Assembly (NCBI GenBank): GCA_035221665.1
Contig: CM069162.1
Span: 15,748,001 to 15,812,000 of the forward strand
Direction of reading: 5' to 3'
DNA length: 64,000 bases
Source of the DNA: Okamejei kenojei
Lineage: Eukaryota
Of this stretch, positions 13,071 to 25,999 are shown one piece after another. The notes under the pieces were generated by a model. That model made no database searches. It saw only the letters and a program-made list of their open reading frames with translations, and was not told the origin of the DNA. Every line of letters starts with the position of its first letter. Positions within the stretch are counted from its first letter, which is position 1. Both the position numbers and the translations under genes were made by a program.

Positions 13071-13435
13071 TTAAAGGACTGACGAATTAAAATGGGCGAG
13101 AAAGGGGTAATTTGTAGAAAGAATTTTTAACTACTCTTATAATCTTGGGGCAATCCTATGTCATCGTAGGGCCCAATTGCTCCCCCTCTTCCCATCCTAC
13201 AAAGCAAACATATCCCTCAATATTCCCCTATCCATTTAGGGAGAGTGAAGTACTTTGGGTCTAAAATGTTGATGGAAATGAAAGCAAAACACTTTGTCGA
13301 TATGCCTGCTGTAAGTTTCAGATGTAACCGACACTCCCTGTGGTTGGCAGAAGGGTTGTTAGTCACTGAGGGGCAGTATACCATCTGTATAGCATGTGTT
13401 TACCCTACGCATCGTACCTCTCTGCTCTCAACTAG

Positions 13436-13607
13436 GTGCTAATCAACGGGAAGAAAGTGGATATCTCCTACACCTTTTCAGAGAGCCAGAACGTGGATCA
13501 GTGTTATGACAACTCGCCATGTGACCGGGTCCCGTGTCTGCATGGAGGAAGGTGTCTGATGACTGGAGAGTATGAGTATCAGTGCATCTGTACAAGCGAC
13601 TATCAGG
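13436..13607 (+). CDS. HSPG2: Perlecan LG2 end / EGF3 exon
   Basis: actag|GTG..CAG G|gtgag; VLINGKKVDISYTFSESQNVDQCYDNSPCDRVPCLHGGRCLMTGEYEYQCICTSDYQ. Confidence 0.96.
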
Positions 13608-14449
13608 GTGAGTTGACGGAGAATCCCTACCTAATCTAGTTTCAATAACAATGGTGAATACAAGGGCTCTATAAAATCTTGATGTCAGCACATGCCAATC
13701 TACAAGCAGGTCATAGAATCATAAGGTGTGGAAACAGGCCCTGCGGCCCAACATGCCCATACCAACCAATATGTCCCATCTACACTGCACTTGCCTGCCT
13801 TTGGTCCATATTTCTCTAACATTGGGTTTTGCATTTGGAACATTAATGGATGTCATATTGATTCATTGAGACAGTCCTGTGTTGGACATTACCATTTTAA
13901 TGGGGTTGGAGGTAAACATGCACTGTGTAAACTCGATGATGGAGTCACAATTTCTTGACAAAATTCATGTTGTTATATAACATTCTGAGAATGTTAGTTC
14001 ATTTGTAAGAATGGAAAACATAGGTACATCTAACTCAGAATTAGACGGACATGTCAGTGTAGGCAGAAGAAACGGCAGATGCTGGAGTTTTCTGCAAAAC
14101 ACAAAGTGCTGCAAGAGCTCAGCAAGTCAGACAGCATCTGTGGGGAGAATGGACAGATACCTTTTCAGGCGGGGGCCTCTCTTCAGTCTGCTCTAACCCA
14201 CCGTGCCTTCTGTACTTGTAGCCCTCTAGCCCTTCTGCCACATTCACACCAATCCTAAAGCCACACTTAAATGCTTCAGCAGCAGGAATAGGTGGAGCCC
14301 AAGGCCCCCACCTTTAAGCCGTCACTGACAACCAAGCCTTGGGTGACTGAACTCCCTCACACCATCCTGATCATCTGACAGCTTGCACTTGCCAAAAGCA
14401 TGTTTAATATTTCAGACATCCTTGCAATTTGAAACACTCAAAACAGTTG

Positions 14450-14790
14450 AAATGCTTCAAAATAATAAATAATTATGCAAATAATTGATTAAAATGTATA
14501 TAATTATATGTGTAATGTGTATAAAATATAAATTATATACTTTATACGTAGTATGTACAAATCATATATGTAGTTAACAGTATATATAATTTGTGTACAT
14601 TATGTATGATGTGTGTAATATATACTATTTGTTATATTTAATTTATATATATCTATAATGTCTATAATTTACATATAATTTACATATATATTACATACAT
14701 TTTAATTTATTATTTATGTGATTATATAATATATAATTTAATACATTAAAAGTATAAATATTAGGCAATGAAAAATGAATGAATAACTGT
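14450..14790. repeat. AT-rich low-complexity tract
   Basis: Degenerate (TA)n/(TATAAT)n. Confidence 0.9.
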
Positions 14791-15386
14791 CAAATGTGCC
14801 TTTTTCAGTGGCTAATCAGATTATGATTAAATCAAATCTCCCATTTCCCCATCCTCTCCATTATCCCTCATTCCCCTACAATTAGTATCTTCCCCATTCC
14901 TAGGTGATATTTGTCCCTCCTCACTACCCTGAATGTCATCCAGGAGACAAGTAAACTCCAGGAGACAACTAAGGTGTTGGGGGTTATGGGGAGAAGGAAG
15001 GTGAATGGGGTTAAGAGGGAGAGATAGATCAGCCATGATTGAATGGTGGAGTAGACTTGATGAGCCGAATGGCCTAATTCTGCTCCGATCACTTATGAAC
15101 TTAAAAAACTGCTGACTTTGCTGTGGCAACAAACCTTTGAAATACCATTAACTGGATGCATATCACAGTCTTAGCTTTCGTGTGATCCCCATGCACGTCC
15201 TCCACCCCTTTCCCACCCAGTGTCTATTCGTGGAGTGAAAGGACTGCTGCTCTTCTGCTTGTTTTTACACCTAGTTTTAACAGAGGAAACATTTTCCCTG
15301 TCTTCTTTTGTCAGTGAACTCTGCTTCTTTAATCCTGATTCAATACGTGAAAAATAAATTTGATTTCAATTATTTTCTGTTTCTAG

Positions 15387-15509
15387 GTGAACACTGCGAA
15401 ATCTCCCAGGATAAATGTTTGCAGGGAAACCCCTGCATGAATGGCGGGACGTGTGAGAAGGGGCAGTGCTTGTGTCCTATGGGATACACTGGATTATACT
15501 GCGAGCTAG
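15387..15509 (+). CDS. HSPG2: Perlecan EGF4 exon
   Basis: tctag|GT GAA..CTA G|gtacaa; GEHCEISQDKCLQGNPCMNGGTCEKGQCLCPMGYTGLYCEL. Confidence 0.95.
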
Positions 15510-15965
15510 GTACAAACTCGTTACAATCCCATCTCAACTCCCCAGCTTCCGAGATTGTTAACATGTTTTCTATGTCCAAGAGAATATGTTGGTTTAAAGA
15601 TCTAATTAATGGTAGCCAAAGGGTTTCTCTAATCCTGTGCGGATGATTTTGCTGATTTGTTCAACTGATGTATCTGTGCCGTTAAGGAGAAGGTTACCGT
15701 GGTTATTTATGTAACAAGAACACTGGAATAGGTCGCTCAGTTCCTCAAGCTTGCCTTGCCTTAAAATATGATCACAGCCGGTTTAACCCAGGCCTCAGTT
15801 CCTCTTCTCTGCCAGTTCTACATAATCTTAAATTCCCCAATATTTCAAAAGTGGATCTAGTTGTGTTTTAAACATCCCAATGGTCCAGTCTCCACAATTC
15901 TCTGAGGTAGAGAATTCCAAGATTCACCACCCCTTGCAATAAAGTATTCCTATGCATTTCAGATT

Positions 15966-15986
15966 CCCCCCCCCCCCCCCCCCCCC
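15966..15986. repeat. Poly-C run (a poly-G run follows at 16307-16326)
   Basis: C21 seen directly. Confidence 0.9.
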
Positions 15987-16554
15987 GAAGAATATGGGGA
16001 GAAAGCAGGAACGGGGTACTGATTTTGGATGATCAGCCATGATCATATTGAATGGCGGTGCTGTCTAAAAGGGCCGAATGGCCTACTCCTGCACCTATTT
16101 TCTATGTCGGGTCAGGCAGCATCTGTAGAGGCAATGGGTGTAAGTCAACATTTCAGATCGAGACCTTGCATCAGGCATCAGACCTTGAAGGGAAAGAGGA
16201 AGGATTGTCAGTAAATATTAGAACATAGGGAGATAGTACAGAGACACATACTATCCCCCTAGATAATGCTAGATATTGGCATAAAATGGACAGATAGAAC
16301 GTTGTTGGGGGGGGGGGGGGGGGGGGATAGGAAGTTGTCCATTTCTTATGACATAGATGCAAGCCATTTAAAACATCGCGTCCATGCTAACTCTATGGAG
16401 AAATCCCATGAACCTTATTTCCCCCATGATTTCTCCTACAATTAGCCCCCACACTGGTAAGATAATGGTGCCAGCTAACATAGAACAGTCACCAGACCCC
16501 TTGCCTTGGAATCTAAATGAAACATTAGATTGAAGGGGATGCTAGAGTATTGGA

Positions 16555-17455
16555 GTCATAGATAGAGTGATACAGTGTGGCCCAACTCGCCCACACCAGC
16601 CAACAATGTCCCAGCTTCCCTAGTCCCACTTGCCTGCGCTTGGTCCATAACCCTCCAAACCTGTCCTATCCATGTACTTGTCCAACTGTTTCTTAAATGA
16701 TGGGATAGTCCCAGCCTCAACTAACTCCTCTTGGCAGCTTGTTCCATACACCCACCACCCTCTGTGTGAAAAAATTACCCCTCGGATTCCCATTAAATCA
16801 TTTCCCCTTCACCTTGAACCTATGTCCTCTGGTCCTTGATTCCCCTTCTCTGGGGAAAAGACTCTGTGCATCTACCCAATCTATTCCTCTCATGATTTTA
16901 TATACCTCTATAAGATCTCCCCTCATCCTCCTACACTCCATGGAATAGAGACCCAGCCTACTTAACCTCTCCATATAGCTCACACCCTCTAGCCCTGGCA
17001 ACATCCTCATAAATCTTTTCTGAACCCTTTCAAGCTTGACAATATCTTTCCTCTAACATGGTGCCCAGAACTGAGCGCAATATTCTAAATGTGGTCTCAC
17101 CAACGTCTTATACAACTGCAATATGACCTCCCAACTTCTATACTCAATACTCTGACTGATGAAGGCCAAAGTGCCAAAAGCCTTTTTGGCCACCTTATCT
17201 ACCTGCGACTCGATCTTCAAGGAACCATGCACTTGTACTCCTAGATCCCTCTGCTCTACAACACTACCCAGAGGCCTTCCATTTACTGTGTAGGTCCTTC
17301 CCTTGTTCGACGTCCCAAAATGCAGCACCTCACACTTCGCCGTATTAAATTTCATCAACCATTCCTCCACTCACCTGGCCAATCGATCCACATCCTGTTG
17401 CAATTGTTCACAACCTTCTTCACTATCTGCAAAACCACTAACTTTTGTATCATCA
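16555..17455 (-). mobile_element. CR1/HER1 LINE 3' ~900 bp
   Basis: ORFs WLMKFNTAKCEVLHFG..LYKTLVRPHLEYCAQFWAP and RMLPGLEGVSYMERLSRLGLYS..RGDLIEVYKIM. Confidence 0.93.
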
Positions 17456-17574
17456 CCAATCAGGCAGCTCTGGCAATGCTGGTTATGCCAAAAGTTGCTT
17501 CTGTCATTAATTGGTGTGGTTATACTAAATCATTATACTAAATCTCTTATTAAGTTTTAACACTGCCTGTTTTG

Positions 17575-17946
17575 TGAGATGTGCATGCCCAACGCCACAC
17601 CTCCAAAGCACACACTCTATTCTGAGCTCTGTCAAGGATTAAGATTACCATGAGAGGGCTAAAGATTTGAGGATTCAACTGCAATGTTCCTACTCACTCC
17701 TGGGAACCTCTGGAGAAATGGTGTTGTGAACTTCATGGCCATGCTTCAGGAGCATGCAGGAGCCCTGTACAAGCATTAGATGGACCAAAGCAACCCGCAA
17801 CCGCACACCCACCCCATCAACCATCTCCTGCCCCATCTGTGGAAGAGTCTGTACCATCCACACTGGCCTCATCAGCCACCATAGAAAGCACAGAACAGGA
17901 GCAAAGGCAAGTCATCCTCGATCCCGAGGGACTGTCAAAGAAGAAG
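17575..17946 (+). mobile_element. RTE-clade LINE 3' end
   Basis: CPICGRVCTIHTGLISHHRKH C-terminal C2H2-like motif, short UTR and aagaagaag tail. Confidence 0.75.
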
Positions 17947-20853
17947 TGATCGTGTAATAGTACTTTGAGACTGCAGGTGGTGCAATTAACATTTGGAAAG
18001 GGAAAAGCCCAAGGAAAGTATTTAGTGTTGATTCATCCTCTCTGGGCAATGCAAGCGCATTCAGCTTATCCAATGTATTTATCTCAATCCGCTTACAATT
18101 TTATACGGGATCAGGGAGGATAGTCGCAGGATAAGTCAATTAGGACAAAGAAGAGGAGTATTATTTTAATTAGAGGTAATTCCATATACCTCAAAGGGTT
18201 GCAGATGGTGAATCATTAAATATTGAGCGTTAAAAATAATAATCACAGACACAAAGGATGTGGGAACAAGGAGAAATGGAGTTGAGGTTTGGGTTGTCGA
18301 AATGTTGGACCTAGCCTAAGGGTCCTAACACCCCCATCCTCTTAATTCTAATGATCTGTGGATCAAGGGTTTATTTGCTTACTTGGATAAACTTGGTGAC
18401 TGATTTGTGCACAGCAAGTACCCAAAAAAACATGCTGAAACAGAGATCATTGTTTTATTAGCTTTCTTTGTCATTTCTTGCATTTGATGGCAAGGGTATC
18501 AGCTGGAACAGAGCAGCCTGGAGAATTAAAGCTTCGAGCCACCTTCCGAGAATTTTAAACTTTGAAGATTGCTTGTGTTTGTTTCCACTTTGGCAAACTT
18601 TACGCAATCCACAGCTCCTAATGGTCAATGCATACAGCCTGATTGCTCCTTAATTTTTGACGGGTGCTGAATTCAGGCGTGAGTACATTGTGAAGTTGTT
18701 GAGGAAATCTTTTTGTGTGACATGTATCTAAGATGTCAGGAGCCTATTTGATTTAGTTACTTGCTGCTCTTGAACATAAAGATGGATCATGAAGTGAGCA
18801 ATCAACAAGCTGACAAACACATCCTCAATGTTTACTGCTATCAGTCAATGGTTGCTACATCAACTCGCTGGGAATCCAGACCCAAAGACTCTGCACCGAG
18901 GTCGCAATCGGCAATTACATCAACGAAAATAGCCATGTTTAGCCATGTTCTTCATGAATGGAGCTTTGGCAATTGACAATGCTAAGGTGACGCTGCGCAT
19001 TTCCATTGAGAAAGACTAAACATTTTGAAGTAAGGCACATGGAATTGCCCTGGGCAGGATCAAACGTATCCTTCATTAACTATCATTCGTTGTGTTTCGA
19101 TCTTCAATTTGGAGAAAGTAGATTTTCTTGAGGCTTGGTAAAGTTCCAGTTTGCATTACTCTTCTCTGTTCACTTTTCACAACTCATCGCCAAAATCTGA
19201 CCAAAATGAACAACAGAATCCCTGACCATCCCGTCTGTGGCTTTGCAATAAGCACGTCTATGCACTGAACACATTGTTCACAGACCTGATCACTGCTTTC
19301 AAGCAGAGTACTTTTTTTTGCAGATTTTTTTTGTTTTATGACCATCACCTGGAGGAAAGTCTTTATTTCAAATGCTGAGGAGAACCTTGTTCAGATATCT
19401 CTGAGGTTGCAGCGGCCATAGACCCCATCTCCGTCCGCAGGCCAGGGACGACCTTCCATCCAGGATACCGAAAGTGGAGAGTTGCTTCCTTTGTCCTCAT
19501 ACGTGAAGCTTGTTTGAGACCTTGCATGCAGAACTTCGAAACCTGAAAATCCCTGTCTTCAGCAGATTGTGTTCATTAATTTGGAGGGCTCATTGGATGC
19601 TCTAGATTCTCAAAAGTCCGTTTACTCTTTATTCATCTGGCTTTCAAGGATGGTGTTGCTCAGTTCTGGGACATGTTCTCACACCAGCTTCTGGAGTCCA
19701 AGCCAATAATGCACATTATCCTCTCATGGTGTTTCCTGCCTTTGACATTTTTGGGCAGGAACACTGCCACCTCAACACCTGGAACGCAGCTCAGATATGC
19801 CTAACTTTTGGTGCCACATTGGGTTGTTGCTTGGCTCTCTTTGACATCATCTTCTCATCAATATCTTGAGTTCACCAGCAGTTGATTCCAATTTTGACTC
19901 GTCAAACATCCGCAGCAGTCTGCAACATTTCGGATGAGCTTCTTACAGTATCTATGGTTGAGGAATAGTTAAAATCAATGTCTAGCACATCTGAATGAAA
20001 GATTACTTCATGTTATCGTGACCTCTGCTTTGAAACCTAATATACTTATCAATACCCCATCAAATGTCATCAAATAACATGGAAACTCCAACCACCTACA
20101 CAAACATGACCTCAGAAAAGATGCTTTGTGTCATTATTGTGTGTCATTGATCCTTGTGTCAATAAATGATGAGATTGAGATTGTAACCATCACTGTAATC
20201 TTCCTGTCTGTGGAAGAAATGGTTGGGATTTTAATATCTACAGGACGTGGATGAAAAGCTTTTGCTGCTCTGATTATTTATTTAAGAAGCAAAGGCACGT
20301 AGAGGTAAATATATCTATGTGTTGCAATTCATCTGGAGTTTCCAGGCAAGCCAATTGCCTATTTCATACGAAGAAGAGGCACTTTCAAGAGTCGGCGTAT
20401 AAAGGGTTCCTCTGAGCCAGCTATCTGCTTCACATCACTGAACGCTAGCTAGTGCCTGTGCTAATCAACAGAAGACGATGAGCACATTAACAAAGCCAAT
20501 CAAACTTCTATCTTTCTTCATTCTCCTTCTGCATCACATCACAGCATCCTCACAATCGCCGATATCCTGAGCACAATAATCCCGTTTCATGAAAGTGATT
20601 GCCTTTGCATTTTTCACACCATTTCACTGCTCGACTTTTTAAAAAAGTGGAAGGTGATTTAAGTCTGAAGATCAGATGGTCCTTTGGGGCATTCAGGGGT
20701 ATTGTATGGCCAGGCTTATTCACTTATATGTGGAATAACAAATATTGTGCCAGAGATGCGTTCATTAATGTTTCTCTTACCCAATGTCTAGGATATTAAT
20801 GGTCTATGACGAGATTCAATGGCTTGTTAATAAGTTTATTTGCACTTACACAG

Positions 20854-20898
20854 GAATACCTGCCCCAGCACCAGAATGGCACATGGAGGGTAGTGCGG
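20854..20898 (+). CDS. HSPG2: Perlecan 45-nt EGF4-LG3 linker exon
   Basis: cacag|GA ATA..GCG G|gtaatg; GIPAPAPEWHMEGSA resembles human ..ESDWHLEGSGG; phase 1-1 fits both neighbours. Confidence 0.85.
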
Positions 20899-21749
20899 GT
20901 AATGTCATTTACCAATGTGTTGACCTTTAATCTAACAGGAAGTGACGACGGTGTCTAATTTGGCATGATTCCATAGACCTAGTTGCTTACAATCTTTTGC
21001 TTTTGTTACATTTGTTTGTTAAATGATGCACTGAAGCCTGAGGGGATTTTCCAGATACAGTGGATTCTCAGCAGCTAACTCTGGCCCAGATGTTGCTGAA
21101 GAAACTTGGAGAGCTACCATTTGATTCCACTTATCTCTTTGGATGGATAATATTTGGGGCCCTTGATGATTGAGTAATTTAGTCTTATTTGAGGTCGCCA
21201 AATCTGATTGGACAGTGTAAGAGGTTATTCATCACCTCCCACGTTCAACTGGCCAGCAAGACTTTTATCCTCATCTTTAATATTTGTATAAATAGTGGTA
21301 AGAAATGAGACACAGCATATCCATTAAATTGATGAAGGGTCATCTCCCTGACTGCCTCACAGTAATGAAATCGAGAAGGTTCCTTCACTCCCAAACATTT
21401 CAGTTAATTTCCTTACTTCGCGTCCCAGCCTTTTCCGAGTTTTTCTTTTCCCTTCAATGATGCTGAGCTTCCCGCATTATGCCTGTTTGTCACTGACCAA
21501 GCTGATTGCAGTAAACAACACTTGAATGCTGCGGAGCCAGCTGACTTGTTTCACCCACTCCTGCCTTTCATCCTGGAAGCTCAACTATTCCAGTTACACA
21601 CACAGTCACCTGAACAACTGGATTCCTTTCAGGTTAATCTTACATTCAGATTAGAATTACTCGACTGTTAGAAACACGCGAGTATTTGCGGCTCAGTATT
21701 TAAGAGAAATAGAATGAGTGGCGAATTAGTAACACTGGTGAACAATCAA

Positions 21750-22060
21750 GGTGGTACCATGGAGCAGCAGCAGAGTTGCTGCCTTACTTCACCAAAGACC
21801 CAGGTTCGATACTGACTATGGGTGCTGTCTGTACAAAGTTTGTACGTACTCCATGTGACCACGTGGGTTTTCTCCGGGTGCTCCAGATTCTTACCACAAT
21901 ACAAAAACATGCGTTTGTAGGTTAATTGGCTTTGGTAAAATTGTAAATTATTCCCAGTGTGTAGGATAGCGATAGTGTACGGGGTGATCGTTGGTTGGCA
22001 CGGACTCGGTGGGCCGAAGGGCATGTCTCCGTGCTGTATCTCTAAAATCCAAAGTCTAAG
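21750..22060 (+). mobile_element. HE1-type V-SINE
   Basis: Head, V-domain and tail. Confidence 0.85.
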
Positions 22061-23112
22061 TATTTGCAATTGACTTGGCTGAGTGCAAGCTCAGACCTTA
22101 AATGCAATCCCTGGTGCATCATTTAGCTTCATCTACAAATGATCATTACTAACACTTTCATGCAGTGTCTTTAAACCCTTGATTGGAATGAAACCCAGAC
22201 CTTTATCACAGTTCCCTCATTTTCTGTGTAAACCATTGAAGGAGAAGGATGTCTCCTGTTGCGATGCTTTAACCATTTACCCCACAAACCCATTCAGCTG
22301 AAAAGTGCAACCAGCTAAGGTGTAAGGTTCAGAGATTGCTGACAACATTTTCTCCCTGTTTGGTTCACAAACTGGCCTGATACACATATTCTCGCACAAA
22401 AATACTTCAAGGCACTATATGAAAGAAATCACAAATACTTTAACAAAATTAACCCTATCACCTAAAGATGATAGTCGGTGATAGTGCTATATTGTAAATG
22501 ATGTTAAATGGTTACCAGATTAAGCTATCAGCCACCCATTCGATGATCATTTTCATTGAGATTTGTACAGAATTATGTTTTTAATGAAAACACGATTGAT
22601 TTATTCACAAGTGAAATTAATTTCTTTATTTGTTTGTGATCAGTGTCCCTTTTTGACGTCACTATTGGAAGTTGTTTGGGGACTTTGGTTCCACATTCAT
22701 TTGTATAATGTATGATTTGTTTGATGAATACAGTTTTATGAGAGGAATTGTTTTTCCGCCTGTTGCCGAAGGAATTTCCATTTTGAGTGATTTTATTTTG
22801 CCGGATGTCCCAAAGACAACGGGAAATTGTAGTCACTGTTCTAATGTAAGAGCACGGGAGCCAAAGTGTGGGAGCAAGAGTGTTTCCCTGTGAATGAGGA
22901 ATGAGCACTGGTCTGTATGGTAGGAGAATCCTCCTACATGGGTAGAGATGAGCACATGTGCTTTTTTTTTTGCATCCTTTGGAGAAAACAGAAGAAGCCC
23001 TAACTTATCATTTTATCCAAACTACATCTCAGGCAGGGTAGATTTCCTTCGGTACTGCATTGAAATGCCAGCCAAGGATTTGTATTGAACTCTCTGAAGT
23101 GGGCCAGACACG

Positions 23113-23505
23113 TTAGTTTAGTTTAGTTTATTATTGTCTTGTGTACAGAGGTACAGTGAAAAGCTTTTTTGCTGCTTGCTATCCATTTGCAAAAAGACTG
23201 TACATGATCACAATCAAACACTCCACAGTGTACATATATAGGATAAATGGTAAAATGTTTAGAGCAAGATAAAGTCCAGTAAAGTCCAATTAAAGGTCTT
23301 CAATGTGGTAGATGGGAGGTCAGGACCACTCTTTGGGTAGATAGAGAATGGTTCTGTTGCCTGATAACAGCTGGGAAGAAACTGTCCCTGAATCTGGAGG
23401 TTAGCGTTTTCAAACTTCTATACCTCTTGCCTGATGTTGGATGGGAGAAGAGGGAATGTCCAGGGTTAGACTGGTCCTTGATTATGGTGGTGGCCTTGCT
23501 CAGAG
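23113..23505 (-). mobile_element. Rex1/Babar-like LINE 3' end
   Basis: IIKDQSNPGHSLFSHPTSGKRYRSLKTLTSRFRDSFFPAVIR; (ctaaa)n tail. Confidence 0.8.
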
Positions 23506-24573
23506 AGGCAACACGAACACTGTTTCTAACCCATAATCTATAACTTGAGTGAGAGGTGACCACAGAACCAGAGTCACCTTCGTGTTACAGCACTAGATTG
23601 GAATGAAGAAGGCCTCCAGCTCTCTTAAGAAGCCCTTGAGCCCTTGACACGTGTACTTGGTGCAGTGTTACACCTGGTAGAGCACCAACCTCACGGTTCC
23701 TGTGCCTGAGTTCCCTCCTTGCCCAATTTGCTGTCTGTGTGGAATGTGCACGTTCTCCCTGTGACTGCATGGGTTTTCCAAGGTCTCTCAATTCCTTCCC
23801 AAAGACATGCTGGTTCACAGGTTAATTGGCAGACGTAATTTCCCCCCACTGTGGATGAATTGTAGGGAATGTGGTGGGAAATAGATGACAGGGGATATTA
23901 ATGGGGGGGGAATGGGATTGATGTGAGCAACAGCATGGAATCTACAGATTAAAATGGCCTCCCATGAATAATGGAATTTTTTGATTGAGTTCACTCGTCT
24001 AATGAGGCAAGAAATCTCAGAACAGCGGGGATTTCATTAGACAGTCAAAAAATAAAAGATCTAATTTGAGTTGCAGCTGAGGACTATGGAATAGTCGTGT
24101 ATATGGTGCAGTTTATTCACTTTGTTTCTTTATCAAATTATTGTTGATACGTAGGATTGATTGATGTGTGCCGTTGACAGGTCCTTCATCCTCTAAGACC
24201 TACCGGATGCCCGAATTATTATAGCAGCTGTATTGGGCCTTTATCCTCTTCAAATCTCATTAGAGGAGATATGTGGATTTTGCACACTAGTTTTCATCTT
24301 GCAAAAGTGGAAAAACTGGTGGGGGGGGGGAGGCATTTTCAGGATTAGCAATCAGGGGTAGCACCTCTGTATCATGATTCAGTAATACTTGTGTCAGCCG
24401 GTTTATTAAAGACAAGGTTTTAGATCAGGTGGATAGCACAGAGAATAATATAGTTCATTTTTCAGAGTTCTGCCAGTGACTGATTGAAAGATCAATCAGA
24501 GTCTGAGATGGATAAACTGTGCGCCGTTGCTATGGATTGATACTAATGTAATCTGTAAATGTTATGCCTGCAG

Positions 24574-24649
24574 ATTCGCCTGTGCAGTATGGAGCCTTCT
24601 TCCACAGTGGGGGTTATATCATTTTACCAAAACAGATGTTCCCACGGAG
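24574..24649 (+). CDS. HSPG2: Perlecan LG3 first exon
   Basis: tgcag|AT TCG..CGG AG|gtaagc; DSPVQYGAFFHSGGYIILPKQMFPRS resembles human DAPGQYGAYFHDDGFLAFPGHVFSRS. Confidence 0.93.
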
Positions 24650-25559
24650 GTAAGCTTGCCATAGTGCTGTGGGTGGTGGCTATGTGGGTGCAGGGGGTGG
24701 GAGAGCTGCTAGGACATTGCGGGGGGGGGGGGGGGTGGTTGAGGTGTGACTGCTCGGGAGCTTTATGTGGGCATGGGTGCGGGGGTGAGGGAGTGACTGC
24801 ATGTGAGTGTGGCACAGTAAAGGTAGTGAGCGCGTGGGATGTAGGATAAGCTGCACTCCACTAGGGCACCTGCCGGGTGACCGGTGATGAGCTGTGAATC
24901 TTAAACCAAGGCAGCGGGTTGAGCGAACAGGGTCTCCTTCTCTCTGGGTTGTGGTAGGTGTAGAGGGGGAGGGTTAACCTGAGTTTGGAATTAAAGGGTT
25001 TTAAGATTGTGAGTTTATTTCTTTGATATAATTGTACATCTCAGGACTCAGTCCTTTGACTCCTGATCCCTTGGTACTGACTCTGTCAGACCACGTGGAA
25101 ACTGGGGAAATATGCTGTACTTTCAATGGATCTGATGCCTTCTAGGCACACATTGTCATCCCTTTCCCCCCTCCTCAGTCTGGGATATGTGGTCATTCTA
25201 ATTAAACCCATCCTTCCTCCCCTTCCCAAGTTAAGGATCTTCACATTATCCTGGCAAAGCATTTTCTGAATGTTCCAATCCACACACAGGATTAAACTCT
25301 CTTAACGTCCACAGTTCGTAATCCTACCGTTTTCTGTCAACTTTCCTCAATGTCATTTGGGCCATAGATTTCTCATCAAAGGGATGAACTGGGCCTCCAC
25401 CCCAACCATGCTGCTCAAACCATGCTGCCTGGGTGAATATGGCCTCACCATGATTGAAGCTACTTGGCCTTTAGTGGAGATAGTTGGTCCCCTTGAAAAG
25501 GGACATGTGCAACTAGTAGCTGGAGCCCTGCACTCAGTAATCGTGGGTATTATGGAAAG

Positions 25560-25735
25560 AGGCACAAAGCAGGTCAGGCAGCATCTCTGGAGAACATGGA
25601 TAAGTGACTGGAGTCTGCAGAAGGGTCCCGACCCGAAACATCACCGATCCATGTTCTCCAGTGACGCTGCCTGACCTGTTGAGTTTCTCCAGCATACTAC
25701 CTGTAAACCAGCATTTGCAGTTCCTTGTTTCTACA
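25560..25735 (+). mobile_element. Penelope-derived inverted-repeat remnant
   Basis: caggcagcatctctggagaacatgg paired with ccatgttctccag..gctgcctgacc. Confidence 0.75.
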
Positions 25736-25786
25736 TAGGTATTAAAATATAGAAGGTTTCCTCCTACATGGGGCTTATTGGGAGGA

Positions 25787-25930
25787 TGACTTCTTCTTCT
25801 TGCGTATGGCATGCACAGCCTAAAGTTGTAGGACAACTTGTTTTATTTGATCTTATTTGATTGTGCACGCCAGGTTGATTGGATTCATCAAAACAGGGCG
25901 GACCACGTGGAGGTTGCAATCTTCCACCCC
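25787..25930 (-). mobile_element. Short ribozyme-headed non-autonomous retroposon with (AAG)n tail
   Basis: 10-bp TSD attgggagga at 25777-25786 and 25931-25940; cttcttcttctt tail on the plus strand. Confidence 0.85.
25877..25930 (-). ncRNA. Compact HDV-like ribozyme fold (catalytic C position reads T in this copy)
   Basis: P1 GGGGTGG/CCGCCCT with G1-U wobble, P2 GATTGCA/TCCAATC, P3 ACC/GGT, L3 TCCACGT, J4/2 TGAA; starts exactly at the TSD. Confidence 0.75.
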
Positions 25931-25999
25931 ATTGGGAGGACTCACACTACTTAAGACATTTTATTTCTTTCCATTTAAGCTCTGATTTAATGTTCACAG

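Noticed and set aside
15966-16326. C21 and G20 runs 320 nt apart as a functional stem
   Set aside because: Homopolymer G/C runs recur in this window (24321, 24721, 56130), and their lengths are error-prone.
20939-20950. Possible 12-nt micro-exon (ctaacag|GA AGT GAC GAC G|gtgtct, GSDD) after the linker exon
   Set aside because: The preceding intron would be only 40 nt, below the normal vertebrate minimum, and the donor is weak.
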